Source: Ascoidea asiatica JCM 7603
Lineage: Eukaryota; Fungi; Ascomycota
Assembly: GCA_001600695.1 (NCBI GenBank)
Contig: BCKQ01000001.1
Location: 282,507-346,506, forward strand
Direction of reading: 5' to 3'
Length of the DNA: 64,000 nt
Shown here: positions 45,328 to 55,661 of the stretch, in pieces
Numbering within the stretch: the first letter of the stretch is position 1
Layout of the letters: every line of letters starts with the position of its first letter
Notes under the pieces: generated by a model
The model's input: the letters and a program-made list of their open reading frames with translations, nothing else
Told to the model about the DNA's origin: nothing
Database searches by the model: none
Position numbers and translations under genes: made by a program

Positions 45328-45450
45328 GGTATTATCATTGGAATTATCATTGGAATTGGTATGAATATCTTCAGTTAACATCAAATCCACCACTTCCTGA
45401 GTGTATTTGTATCTCAATATACTACCATCTCTATCTCTATCTCTCTCCAT
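44422..45450 (-). CDS. Uncharacterised tail-anchored coiled-coil protein
   Basis: 342 aa; poly-Asn, heptad-like segments, single C-terminal hydrophobic helix LFIIFFSLIFLYFSFLIY flanked by basic residues. Confidence 0.6.
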
Positions 45451-45719
45451 TCCTCTACTTTTCTCTACTCTCTTCTCTCTCTTCTCTCTATACTCTCTAT
45501 ACTCTCTATTATCTTCCTCTTCTTCTTCTTTTTCTTCTTCTGTTATATTACTTATTACTTATTTCTTATTTCTTTCATTTCATTTCAATTAATTTCAATC
45601 GGCAAAAACACAAAGCCATTGCCGATATCCGTGCTTCCCAACTCAGGATTGCACTTTCCTTTACGGACTTCAATCCTGTGTTTTTTCCATATTTCCACTC
45701 CTCGGTTTTCAAATCCAGA

Positions 45720-45842
45720 CACGTGCTCGTACAGCCCTAACTGCCCTCTTTAAAGCCCTACTCTTATTTACGGTACCACTGCACTGGTTCTCTCCACTTT
45801 CTTCTTCTTCTTCTTTTCTTTGTTTTCCCACTGAAAATTTTT
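45720..45842 (+). promoter_or_regulatory. EFB1 promoter: Cbf1-type E-box, Tbf1-like sites, RRPE-like element
   Basis: CACGTG 45720; AGCCCTAA 45733; AGCCCTA 45754; TGAAAATTTTT 45832. Confidence 0.6.
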
Positions 45843-46045
45843 TCTGTTTTTGTTGTTGCCAAATGCTCATTTTCATCCACTTTCAATTCACTTTCAATTC
45901 AATTCAATCTTCAATTCAATCTTCAATATAAATTAATCATTTTTAATAATCATCAATATCAAATATCCATTGTTATATAATTTAGTTTATTATATTTTAT
46001 TATCTCATATATATCTAATCAACAATTAATAATCCTTTTTTAAAA

Positions 46046-47062
46046 ATGAGTTTCTCAAAAATTGAATCTATTAAATCTTTAAATGATTTATTAGTTGAAA
46101 ATTCTTACGTTCAAGGGTAAGTCTTTTATTATTAAATAATTTATATTAAATATATTAAATATATTTAATATAACTTTTAAACTACTTAAATTAATCAATT
46201 CAATTCAATGAAATAATAATAATTGTATAATCTATTGATTCAATTCAATTCAATTCAATATAATATAATATAATATAATGAAAGAAAATGATAATTTAAT
46301 GATGATTAATTTGGTCCGTGTTTACTAGGTAGATTAAGACCCTATCCTATGAGTATCAAATCCAAGAGCTTTTGCTCATCTCTGATAATTTATCAATATT
46401 TTATAATTTAAAGAAATTAAAGATATAATCTTTTTCCGTAGTTAATTATTGAATTAAAACTAACAACATATTTTATTAATAATCATAGTTCCTCTCCAAA
46501 TCAAGCTGATGTTAAAGCTTATAAATCTTTTCAAAATGAATTTCCTGCTTTCACAAGATGGTTTAATCATATTTCTTCATTCCAAGATGATTTTGAATCT
46601 TTACCAGCTGCAAAAGAAGAACCAAAAGCTGTTTCTACTGCCGTTGAAGAAGAAGAAGATGATGATGATGATGAAGATGTTGATTTATTTGGATCTGATG
46701 ATGATGAAGAAGAAGATGAAGCTGCTGCTAAATTAAAAGAAGAAAGATTAGCTGCTTATGCTGCTAAAAAAGCTGCAAAAGGTCCAAAACCTGCTGCAAA
46801 ATCAATTATTACTTTAGATGTTAAACCATGGGATGATGAAACTGATTTAAAAGAATTATTAAATAATGTTAAACAAATTAATATGGATGGTTTAACTTGG
46901 GGTGCTTCAACTTTTGTACCTGTTGGTTTTGGTATTAAAAAATTACAAATTAATTTAGTTGTTGAAGATGATAAAGTATCTTTAGAAGATTTACAAAATT
47001 TAATTGAAGAAGATGAAGATCATGTTCAATCAACTGATGTTATTGCCATGCAAAAATTATAA
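46046..47062 (+). CDS. EFB1: Translation elongation factor eEF1B-alpha, spliced: join(46046..46116,46489..47062), 214 aa
   Basis: Exon 1 [24 protein letters not shown]; intron GTAAGT..AACTAAC(46458)..TAG; exon 2 [53 protein letters not shown]; missed by ORF track. Confidence 0.97.
46289..46395 (+). ncRNA. SNR18: Intronic box C/D snoRNA snR18/U18
   Basis: C box ATGATGA 46299, guide TTGGTCCGTGTTT 46311-46323 complementary to 25S AAACACGGACCAA, D box CTGA 46382, terminal TGATAA/TTATCA stem; EFB1 intron is the known host. Confidence 0.92.
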
Positions 47063-47130
47063 TCAATAAATTATAAATACTATTTTGAATATACATTAAA
47101 TATATAATTAATTTTCTTTTATTCATTCAT

Positions 47131-48933
47131 TCAATACTCATAATCAAAATCAAAATTATTATAATTAAAATCATAATTATTATTATTACTATTATTATTA
47201 TTATTATTATTATGATCTCCATTGATTAAATACATTTCTTCAATTAAAATATTTGTATTAAGATTATTAATTATCATTTCTTCATTTTTATTCTTAATAT
47301 CTTCAATATCTTTAATTTTTAATTTTTCTAAAATACCATTACTTAACTTATTACTCATTTTATTATCATCATTATTATCTGAAATAATTTCAAAATCATT
47401 TAAATTATAATAATTTTTCATTTCATTAAAATATATTAATAAAATTTTTTTAATATCTTTAAAATTATTATAAATTTTAAAAAATTGATTAAAAATTATT
47501 AAATAATCATTTTTTTTAAAAATTATTTTAAAAATTTTTAAAAATTGATTAATTTTAATTTTATTAATTATATTAAATAAATTTTTTTTTAAAATTTCAA
47601 ATAATAATTTTTTAAAAATTAAATTATTTAAAATTAAATTAAAATTTATATTAAAATTTTTATTTAAAATAAATTTTAAATTTTTAAAATTATTTATAAT
47701 TTGAATATATTCAATAATTTTTCTTTTTTTAATAAAATAAATTATAAAAATTATAAATTCATTAAAATTTTCACAATTATAATTAAATATTAAATAATTT
47801 TTATTTAAAATTTTATTAATTGATTTAATATTGGAATTGTTATTATTATTATTATTATTAAGGAAATTTTTTGTAAAGATTTTATTATCATCTTTATTAA
47901 TATTAAATAAAGAAGAATTTGAATTTTTTAAAATTTTAATTTCATTTTGAATTAAATTTAAATAAAATTTTTGAAAATAATTTTTTTGAATTAATTTTGA
48001 ATCTAAATTTGTTAAAATTAAATTATTTTTAAATTCTAAAATTTCAAAATCTTTTGAAATTAAATATGAATTAATTAAGAATTTATATGATAAAAAATTT
48101 AAATTTTTTTTATTAATTAAATTATTTAATTTTTTTTTTTCAATTAGTTTTAATTTTAATTGAGATTGTAATTGAGATTGTAATTGAGATTGAGATTTTA
48201 AATTATTTAAAAAAGGATATAAATTTAAGAAAATTTTAAATAATTGATTTGAATAATTAAAATTTAATGAATTAAAACAATTTATTGAAGAATAATAATA
48301 AAATTCAATAAAATCAAAGAAATTTAAATTATATTTTAAAATATTAAAATTTTTTATATTATTTAATAAGTTATTAGAAGTATTTAAAGTATTGGCGGTA
48401 TTATTATTATCATCATTAGATGGAAATAAAAATTGATTAATTTCAAATCTTTTATTTTTATAAATATTTTTAACAATTTCAATTAATATTGGATTTAAAG
48501 ATTTATCAATATTAAGATAATTTAAAGAAATTTTGATTAAAGATTTATAAATTAAAATATTATTGTTATTATTGTTATTATTGTTATTATAAAAAGATTC
48601 AGCTAAATTTAAATAATTTAAAATTATTGATTTAAAAATTTTTAAGAATGTATTGTTATCATTGTTATTAATATTGTTGTTATTTGAAAATTTTAAATTA
48701 GATAAATAGAAATTAATTAAATTTAATAAATTTTTAAAATAAATGAAATCATTATTACTATATTTAATTAATAAAAATTGAATATAATAAGAAGATTTAA
48801 TTTTTTCATTAATTATTGTATTAATATTAATAAATTGAATTGATTCATTTATTAAAATATTAAATGGTAATTTTTTAATTCTATTTATGAAATGATTTAT
48901 TGAAATTGATTGATTTATTAATTTATTATCCAT
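47131..48933 (-). CDS. Extremely N/K/I/F/L-rich helical protein, possibly COP9 signalosome subunit 3-like
   Basis: 600 aa open frame in stop-rich DNA; FDFIEFYYYSSINCFNSLNFNYSNQLF and FLSYKFLINSYLI resemble CSN3 helical repeats. Confidence 0.4.
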   Translation of the reverse strand: MDNKLINQSISINHFINRIKKLPFNILINESIQFININTIINEKIKSSYYIQFLLIKYSNNDFIYFKNLLNLINFYLSNLKFSNNNNINNNDNNTFLKIFKSIILNYLNLAESFYNNNNNNNNNNILIYKSLIKISLNYLNIDKSLNPILIEIVKNIYKNKRFEINQFLFPSNDDNNNTANTLNTSNNLLNNIKNFNILKYNLNFFDFIEFYYYSSINCFNSLNFNYSNQLFKIFLNLYPFLNNLKSQSQLQSQLQSQLKLKLIEKKKLNNLINKKNLNFLSYKFLINSYLISKDFEILEFKNNLILTNLDSKLIQKNYFQKFYLNLIQNEIKILKNSNSSLFNINKDDNKIFTKNFLNNNNNNNNSNIKSINKILNKNYLIFNYNCENFNEFIIFIIYFIKKRKIIEYIQIINNFKNLKFILNKNFNINFNLILNNLIFKKLLFEILKKNLFNIINKIKINQFLKIFKIIFKKNDYLIIFNQFFKIYNNFKDIKKILLIYFNEMKNYYNLNDFEIISDNNDDNKMSNKLSNGILEKLKIKDIEDIKNKNEEMIINNLNTNILIEEMYLINGDHNNNNNNNSNNNNYDFNYNNFDFDYEY

Positions 48934-48970
48934 AATTTATATAATTATGTTAATATTCTTTCATGAATTG

Positions 48971-49039
48971 ATGAATTGAATCAGTTATTAATGAATTGAA
49001 TCAGTTATTAATGAATTGAATCAGTTATTGATGAATTGA
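48971..49039. repeat. 20-bp tandem repeat ATGAATTGAATCAGTTATTA x3.5
   Basis: Units start at 48971, 48991, 49011, partial at 49031. Confidence 0.95.
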
Positions 49040-49065
49040 TTGATGAATTGTATCAGCGCTTAAGG

Positions 49066-49067
49066 AA

Positions 49068-49110
<43 letters not shown>

Positions 49111-49111
49111 A
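49066..49111. repeat. (AATA)n microsatellite
   Basis: ~11 perfect copies. Confidence 0.95.
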
Positions 49112-49319
49112 TGTTTATATTCCTGTTTATATTGAATATATTGAATATATTAAATACCTTTATTTATTGTTGATCACGGGACTTCAGCTATTAACTTATA
49201 AAAGAGATTGTAGCAGATCCAGGAAATTGGCGAGAGAAACTCATTTCAAGCAGATTTACAACAAAGTCCAAGAAATTCAATGAAAGAACTGTGAATATCG
49301 GTGAAGTGGTTAAGGAAGC

Positions 49320-49363
49320 AGTAATGAAGCAGTAATGAAGTAGTAATGAAGTAGTAATGAAGT
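49320..49363. repeat. 11-bp tandem repeat AGTAATGAAGY x4
   Basis: Direct reading. Confidence 0.9.
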
Positions 49364-50015
49364 GGTTATGGAAGTGGGAGAAGTAACAAAGTAGAAAAGA
49401 GCTTGAAAGAAAATGAAGCTGTGTTTATTGCCACTTTGCGTTTGTGGAGCAGGCGAAAACACTGCCGAGGGGGGGGGGGGGTTGCAAGTGCTCGTGACCA
49501 GACAGTCGGAAGTAAAATCAAATTAGGTAATTGTTGTGTGGTGTTGTGTAATGCAATATTATGTAGGAGGGACTTCACACGAGCCCTAGAGACCGTTATT
49601 GTGGTAGTTGTTGTATCACATGTATTTACCCAGGGCAGTTGTTTTGAAAACTACGAGGTAAACAGTCAAAATAGAATATATCGTTGCTGCACTTCAAACA
49701 CGTGCACGCGCTTGAAATAAATTCCGCTAATATCAGCTGAGATCCGCTGTTGCTGTGTGCTTCTGAGCAAGTTTTCCTGGGTGCGGATTGCGCTCCCAGT
49801 TTGTCTTTTGCACGCAGTGAGAGAAGCGGGAGTTGATAATTCATTCAACACTGCTCTGGAAGTCAGTAAGTAAAGCAAACAGTACTTACTTACTTAGAAT
49901 CTAAGTAACTTAACTTACTAAGGATATTGGATTCAATCAAAATTATATTATTAAATTTATATCATAATAAATTAAAGCTTTATTAAGAATTCTGGATTAA
50001 AAATAAAAAAAGATT

Positions 50016-50069
50016 ATAATATAATATAATATAATATAATATAATATAATATAATATAATATAATATAA
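50016..50069. repeat. (TATAA)n pentanucleotide microsatellite just upstream of RPL11 ATG
   Basis: ~10 perfect copies ending ~11 bp before ATG 50081. Confidence 0.95.
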
Positions 50070-50080
50070 CATTAGCAAAA

Positions 50081-51292
50081 ATGGTATGTCTAATTTACTC
50101 AACTTTTTATTTATATATATTTAATGGGAAATAATAATGAAAAAATACAAGTTAATCATGAATTAAATTGAAAAATTAAAATGAGAAAAATATTCAAATA
50201 GATATATTATGGATTAAAGAAATATGAAAAGATAATATAATGAAAAAAAGAATAATGAAATTATCAAAATATAAAAATAACAAAATATTCAAATTCAATA
50301 TTGATATTTATTGAATTACATAAATATAATTAAATATATAGAAAATAAAAACTTTAAAGTAATTAATTATATTCATTGAACAATATATCTTCAAATAACA
50401 TATATTCAGTTAGTTATATATATATACATTTACTACAAGATCTATCATGATATTTAAAATTCATTTAATTATTAAAAAAAAAAGTATTTTCAAATCTTTA
50501 TATTCATATTCATGAAATATTTCATTTATTTATAATCTATCTATTATCACCATTAATCTAATTATATTAATATATTAAAATATTTAAAATTTAATATTTA
50601 ATATTTAATATTTAATATTAATCACCTTAACCATCCATCTTATTAAATAAATAAATAAATTAATTATTAAATGAAAATGAAAATATCAAAATTATATTTA
50701 TAATTAAATAAGTTTATTTACAACTCAATTAATCAACCATACTAACATTTCTTATAATTATAAATTATAGTCTTCAAAAGCCCAAAATCCAATGCGTGAA
50801 CTTAAAATCGAAAAATTAGTTTTAAATATTTGTGTTGGTGAATCTGGTGATAGATTAACAAGAGCTTCAAAAGTTTTAGAACAATTATCTGGTCAAACTC
50901 CTGTTCAATCAAAAGCAAGATATACTGTAAGAACTTTTGGTATTCGTCGTAATGAAAAAATTGCTGTTCATGTTACAATTCGTGGTCCAAAAGCTGAAGA
51001 AATTTTAGAACGTGGTTTAAAAGTTAAAGAATATCAATTACGTCATAGAAATTTCTCAGAAACTGGTAATTTTGGTTTTGGTATTGATGAACATATTGAT
51101 TTAGGTATTAAATATGATCCTGGAATTGGAATTTATGGTATGGATTTTTATGTTGTTATGGGTAGAAATGGTAATCGTGTTGCAAGAAGAAAACGTTGTA
51201 AAGCAAAAGTTGGTCATACTCATAAAATTGATAAAGAAGATTCAATTAAATGGTTTAAAGAAAAATATGATGCTGATGTTTTAAATAAATAA
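50081..51292 (+). CDS. RPL11: 60S ribosomal protein uL5/L11, spliced: join(50081..50083,50771..51292), 174 aa
   Basis: AAAAATG|GTATGT at 50081, TACTAAC 50740, TAG 50768-50770; exon 2 [32 protein letters not shown] restores the conserved N-terminus. Confidence 0.96.
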
Positions 51293-51646
51293 TCAATCAA
51301 CTAAATAAATATCTTAATTATTATAGCATTCAATATTTATTTTATTATCATTTTTAAAAGTAATTTTTAAAAGTACAAAATTTGATTAATTTTTTTTTCA
51401 ACTCCATTGTATGTACTCCAATGTTATCCCATGCCACCCAGACTACTGGCTTTTTTGCAATTTTAAATCATTTTTTAAATAAAAATAAAAATAAATTTGT
51501 ATTTGTATTTGTATTTGCAAGTGATCAAAGAAATAAATTATTGATTTGAATATAAAAAAAATAATCAAATCAATAATTAATAATTAATAATTAATAATTT
51601 AATTCAATCTCGTTTCATTTCATTACATTACAACTTATTCAGATTA

Positions 51647-52990
51647 ATGTCTTCAAAAGAATCTGATAATAATGATAATAATGATAATAATGATAATAAA
51701 AATAATAAAGATACAAATATTGAAAATGATATAGAAAATGATTTAATTTTAAATTCTAAGAAAAAACAGAAATCAAAAAGAAAATTAAAACAAAAAAAGA
51801 AAAAATTAATTAACAATAATCAATTGGAAAAAGGAAAAATAAAACAAGAAGCAAAAGAAGAAGCAAAAGAAGAAGAAGAAGAAGAAGAGGAACTAATATT
51901 TTTTCAATCAATTAAACCAAATTCTGAAATTAGATTGAAAAGAAGAAAAAAAAATATTTTGAAAAACAATTCAAAGAATAAAATTCAAATTAATAATATT
52001 CAAAATTTAAACTCATTAAATAATAATCAATTTAAAACTAATGAAATATTGTTGAATGATTTTGATAATGAATTGATTCAAAATAATTCAATTGAATCAA
52101 AAAACAAAGAACAACAATTTCAATTTCAATCTCAATCTCAATCTCAATCTCAATCTCAATCTCAAATTCAAAATCAAATTCAAATTCAAAATGAAAAATC
52201 TAAATCTTCAAAAACTTCTGATTATCTTTCTTCAATTCAAATAGATGTTCATGATATTAATATAAACTTACGAAAGGATAATTCAAAAGATATTGAAGAT
52301 AATATTGAAAATAATATTGAAGATAATATTGAAAATAATATTGAAAATAATATTGAAAATAATATTGAAAATGAAATTACAAAAGATACTTCAAATTTAT
52401 CAAATGATTTTAAAAATCTAGATTTCATATCTTTAAATCAAAATAAACTTAAAAGTTCTTTAAATTTTAGAAAAAAAAATAATAAAATATCAAAAAAAAA
52501 AAATAATTTAAGAAGACAATTAAATGATTCTCAATTTGATGATGATATATTACCTATAACTTCAAATGAATTTAATATTAAAGAAAATTATGAAAAAAAA
52601 TATATTCAAGATCTTATTAATGATGTTGAAATGATTAATTCAGAAATTGATAATGATTTTCAAGATTGGGAATTAAATAAAATTCTTGATGCAACTTTAA
52701 CTTCAACTTCAACTTCAAAAAATAAAATTAAAAATATTGATTTAAATAATATTTATAATAATCCTGAAACTCGTGGTTTTAATAAATTACATTCATATAA
52801 AACTACAACTTTAGAATTTCAATTGGAAAAAATTACAAAATTATTAAAAAATTTAAATTGTTTAAATAAAATTGAAGAAAAAAATTTAGAAAATTTAAAA
52901 ATTGAAGAAATTAATATTTCAAAAAAAGAAAAAGAAATTAAAAATAATTTAGAAAATTTAGGTAAAAAATATGACTACTTATCTAAATAA
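51647..52990 (+). CDS. Low-complexity coiled-coil nuclear protein, possibly Ntr2-like
   Basis: 447 aa; NLS-like basic runs, YEKKYI, DFQDWELNKI, C-terminal coiled coil; weak recalled resemblance to Ntr2/GCFC. Confidence 0.35.
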   Translation: MSSKESDNNDNNDNNDNKNNKDTNIENDIENDLILNSKKKQKSKRKLKQKKKKLINNNQLEKGKIKQEAKEEAKEEEEEEEELIFFQSIKPNSEIRLKRRKKNILKNNSKNKIQINNIQNLNSLNNNQFKTNEILLNDFDNELIQNNSIESKNKEQQFQFQSQSQSQSQSQSQIQNQIQIQNEKSKSSKTSDYLSSIQIDVHDININLRKDNSKDIEDNIENNIEDNIENNIENNIENNIENEITKDTSNLSNDFKNLDFISLNQNKLKSSLNFRKKNNKISKKKNNLRRQLNDSQFDDDILPITSNEFNIKENYEKKYIQDLINDVEMINSEIDNDFQDWELNKILDATLTSTSTSKNKIKNIDLNNIYNNPETRGFNKLHSYKTTTLEFQLEKITKLLKNLNCLNKIEEKNLENLKIEEINISKKEKEIKNNLENLGKKYDYLSK

Positions 52991-53075
52991 TATTAATTAT
53001 GGATTTTTATAATACAATTTTATAAAGTTATATATAAATACAGTATATACTGTATACTCTGATTTATTTAATTAT

Positions 53076-55661
53076 TTATTTAGATACTTTTTTACATATC
53101 TCTTTCCATAATTTTTTAACTAATATTTCACTATCTTCATCAAAAGTTTCCATAAGTTCACTGACTAAACCTTGTTTATTCTTACCTTTATTTTCTTTTA
53201 TGAATGTAAGTATAAATTCAGACATATCTTCTTCAGCAAATCCTAAATATTCTTCCAATAACGAATTCACAAATGGAGTTATTTCTGTTATTAGTTCAGA
53301 TATTTTTTCTTCGGAAGAAGAATCAAGAATTTCAATTAATTCATCCTCTACTGCTTGATCAATATCATTATCTGATTCAACTTCTGGTAATCTAGTCATT
53401 TCATAATCATCTGCTGGTAATTCATCATCATCAGAAGATGTGGAAGAATCTGATAAAGAATCTTCATTAGGTGGTGGCATTTCAGTATCAGAAGATTCTA
53501 ATTTATTTTCAACTTGATCATTTTCTGTAACTTTATTATTAGAAAATTTCATTTTAAGCATAATAGGTTTATTTTCAGGTTTCTTATAATTACTTGAAGA
53601 TAAAACAGAAGATAAAAAGTCTGAGCTTGTTTTATTAATTTCAATTTCTTTTTCTTCTTCTTTTCTATCAATATCATCATTGATTTTTTCATTATTTTTC
53701 TTAATTTTTCTATTTTGTAAATATAATGAACGATTTTTATGATATAAATATTCAGTATTATCATAATCATAATTTAAACTATAATTTTTTAAAATTTGAT
53801 CTCTTTTGGAAATCAAATAATCAGTTTCATAATTTTTAACATGATTATACTTGGATAATAAATTTTTTTTATAAGTTTGTTCAATTCTTATTAATGAAGC
53901 TTCTCTTTTTAAAAATTCTTTTTCAATTGATTGTTTTTCTAATTTTTCTTTATTATTTTCATATTCTAAATCATCTGCAAATTCATCTTCATCTTCATCG
54001 TCCTCATCGTCTTCATCATCATCTTCATCTTCTTCATTTATATCTTCTTCATTTCTATTATTACTGCTATTTTTTTTATCTGTAACTTTAATAGAATCAT
54101 ACAATTTTTTCAATTGTAATCTAGATCTTTTTCTTTCTTCACTTTGTTCACGAATTTGTTTTTGTTTTAAATTTTGATAAACTTTAGTTCTAAAATCTTT
54201 AATATCTTTTATAACTTGAGGTAATATTTCTTTAGGAATATCGGATAATTCAGAATAGTTAATTTTATAATTTTCTATATCATTATCATTATCTAAATTT
54301 GAATTTTTATTAAGAGATTTATTTTGAAGACCATTATTTTTTATATAAAATTGGAATTCATTTATTACATTAATTAATTCATTTTTCTGTTGTTTTATGA
54401 GAAAATTATTTTTTTCAATACTATAATTTGAATTTTGTATTAAGTCTTTATTTGAATTTAATAGAGATTGAATTAAATTTATTAAATTTTTTGTATTTTC
54501 TTGATATTTTAAAATTAAAATAATTTCTTCTTCACCTTTTTCTTTAGAAATCAATTTATTATTGTTGGTACTATTATTATTATTATTACTATTATTATTA
54601 TTATTATCATTAGTATTACTTGAAGAAATATTTGATGTATTTTGATTTGAAAGTTTTTTAAAAGTTAAATTATTGAAAATATTTAAAAAATTTATAAAAA
54701 AATGAATTAAGAAATTAAATTGAGAATTATTTAAAAATATTTCATTATTATTTTGAGAATTGAATGAATTTGAAGGTAAATTTAAAAATTTAGTATAATT
54801 AAATTTAATATAAATTATTTTATTATGATCAACATTATCATAATTAGTAATTGACCAAAAATAAGAGAAATCATTTGGTAAATAATTAGTTTTATTTAAA
54901 TATAAGAAATTTTTTTTTAAATTATCAAAAACTGAATTCATTAATGTTTCAATTAATTGATTATTGAAAAAAAAGGGAACATTTAATATTGAAAAAGTTA
55001 ATAATTGTTGATCTAATGATTTTGGTACGAATAATTTTAAATCTAAGAAATGTTTTAAATTTTGATTAAAGAATTTTTCATAATTATTTTTTGAATTATT
55101 TTTGGATATTGAATTATTATTTTCATTTTTCTCATTTTGACCAAGTTTTATATTCTTATCAAGTTTATTGTTATCATTATTATTGATATTATCATCATTA
55201 TTTGAATTATCATTTAAAATTTTCCTTTTATAATTTAAACGCTTTAATTTTATATCATTTAATGGATAGATTAAATTTTCGTCGAATATCAACGGAATTA
55301 AATTCAATTGAGATTCATTTACTTTTATATTTAAATCTTCATAATCTATAATGTTTTGTTCAATTTGATTATCATTTTCATTATTTATTTTATTGTTATT
55401 CTTATGATTATTGATTTTATTTTTTGAAAAGTTAATACTATCCAATATAAATGGTTTTAAAGGTTTATAATGAGGTAAAAGTGAAATAATATCAGTATAA
55501 TTTGAATTGAGTTGTTCATTATAAGATTTTATTTTATCAAATTTATAAACTGTATCATTATTATATTGTTCAAGTTCTGAATTTTGAGTTGAATCGATAT
55601 CATCTAAATCATTTATTGGATGAATTAACAATGAAGATGCAGATACATTAACTAATTCCAT
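53076..55661 (-). CDS. SNU71: U1 snRNP protein Snu71 (RBM25-like, C-terminal PWI domain)
   Basis: YKINYSELSDIP..IKDIKDFR, YLYHKNRSLYLQNR, PWI ITPFVNSLLEEYLGFAEEDMSEFIL..LVSELMETFDEDSEILVKKLW. Confidence 0.85.
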   Translation of the reverse strand: MELVNVSASSLLIHPINDLDDIDSTQNSELEQYNNDTVYKFDKIKSYNEQLNSNYTDIISLLPHYKPLKPFILDSINFSKNKINNHKNNNKINNENDNQIEQNIIDYEDLNIKVNESQLNLIPLIFDENLIYPLNDIKLKRLNYKRKILNDNSNNDDNINNNDNNKLDKNIKLGQNEKNENNNSISKNNSKNNYEKFFNQNLKHFLDLKLFVPKSLDQQLLTFSILNVPFFFNNQLIETLMNSVFDNLKKNFLYLNKTNYLPNDFSYFWSITNYDNVDHNKIIYIKFNYTKFLNLPSNSFNSQNNNEIFLNNSQFNFLIHFFINFLNIFNNLTFKKLSNQNTSNISSSNTNDNNNNNSNNNNNSTNNNKLISKEKGEEEIILILKYQENTKNLINLIQSLLNSNKDLIQNSNYSIEKNNFLIKQQKNELINVINEFQFYIKNNGLQNKSLNKNSNLDNDNDIENYKINYSELSDIPKEILPQVIKDIKDFRTKVYQNLKQKQIREQSEERKRSRLQLKKLYDSIKVTDKKNSSNNRNEEDINEEDEDDDEDDEDDEDEDEFADDLEYENNKEKLEKQSIEKEFLKREASLIRIEQTYKKNLLSKYNHVKNYETDYLISKRDQILKNYSLNYDYDNTEYLYHKNRSLYLQNRKIKKNNEKINDDIDRKEEEKEIEINKTSSDFLSSVLSSSNYKKPENKPIMLKMKFSNNKVTENDQVENKLESSDTEMPPPNEDSLSDSSTSSDDDELPADDYEMTRLPEVESDNDIDQAVEDELIEILDSSSEEKISELITEITPFVNSLLEEYLGFAEEDMSEFILTFIKENKGKNKQGLVSELMETFDEDSEILVKKLWKEICKKVSK

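Noticed and set aside
46509-46736. 75-aa ORF in the track
   Set aside because: Wrong frame of EFB1 exon 2
48971-49039. 20-bp direct repeats resembling a CRISPR array
   Set aside because: No spacers, eukaryotic context, no cas genes
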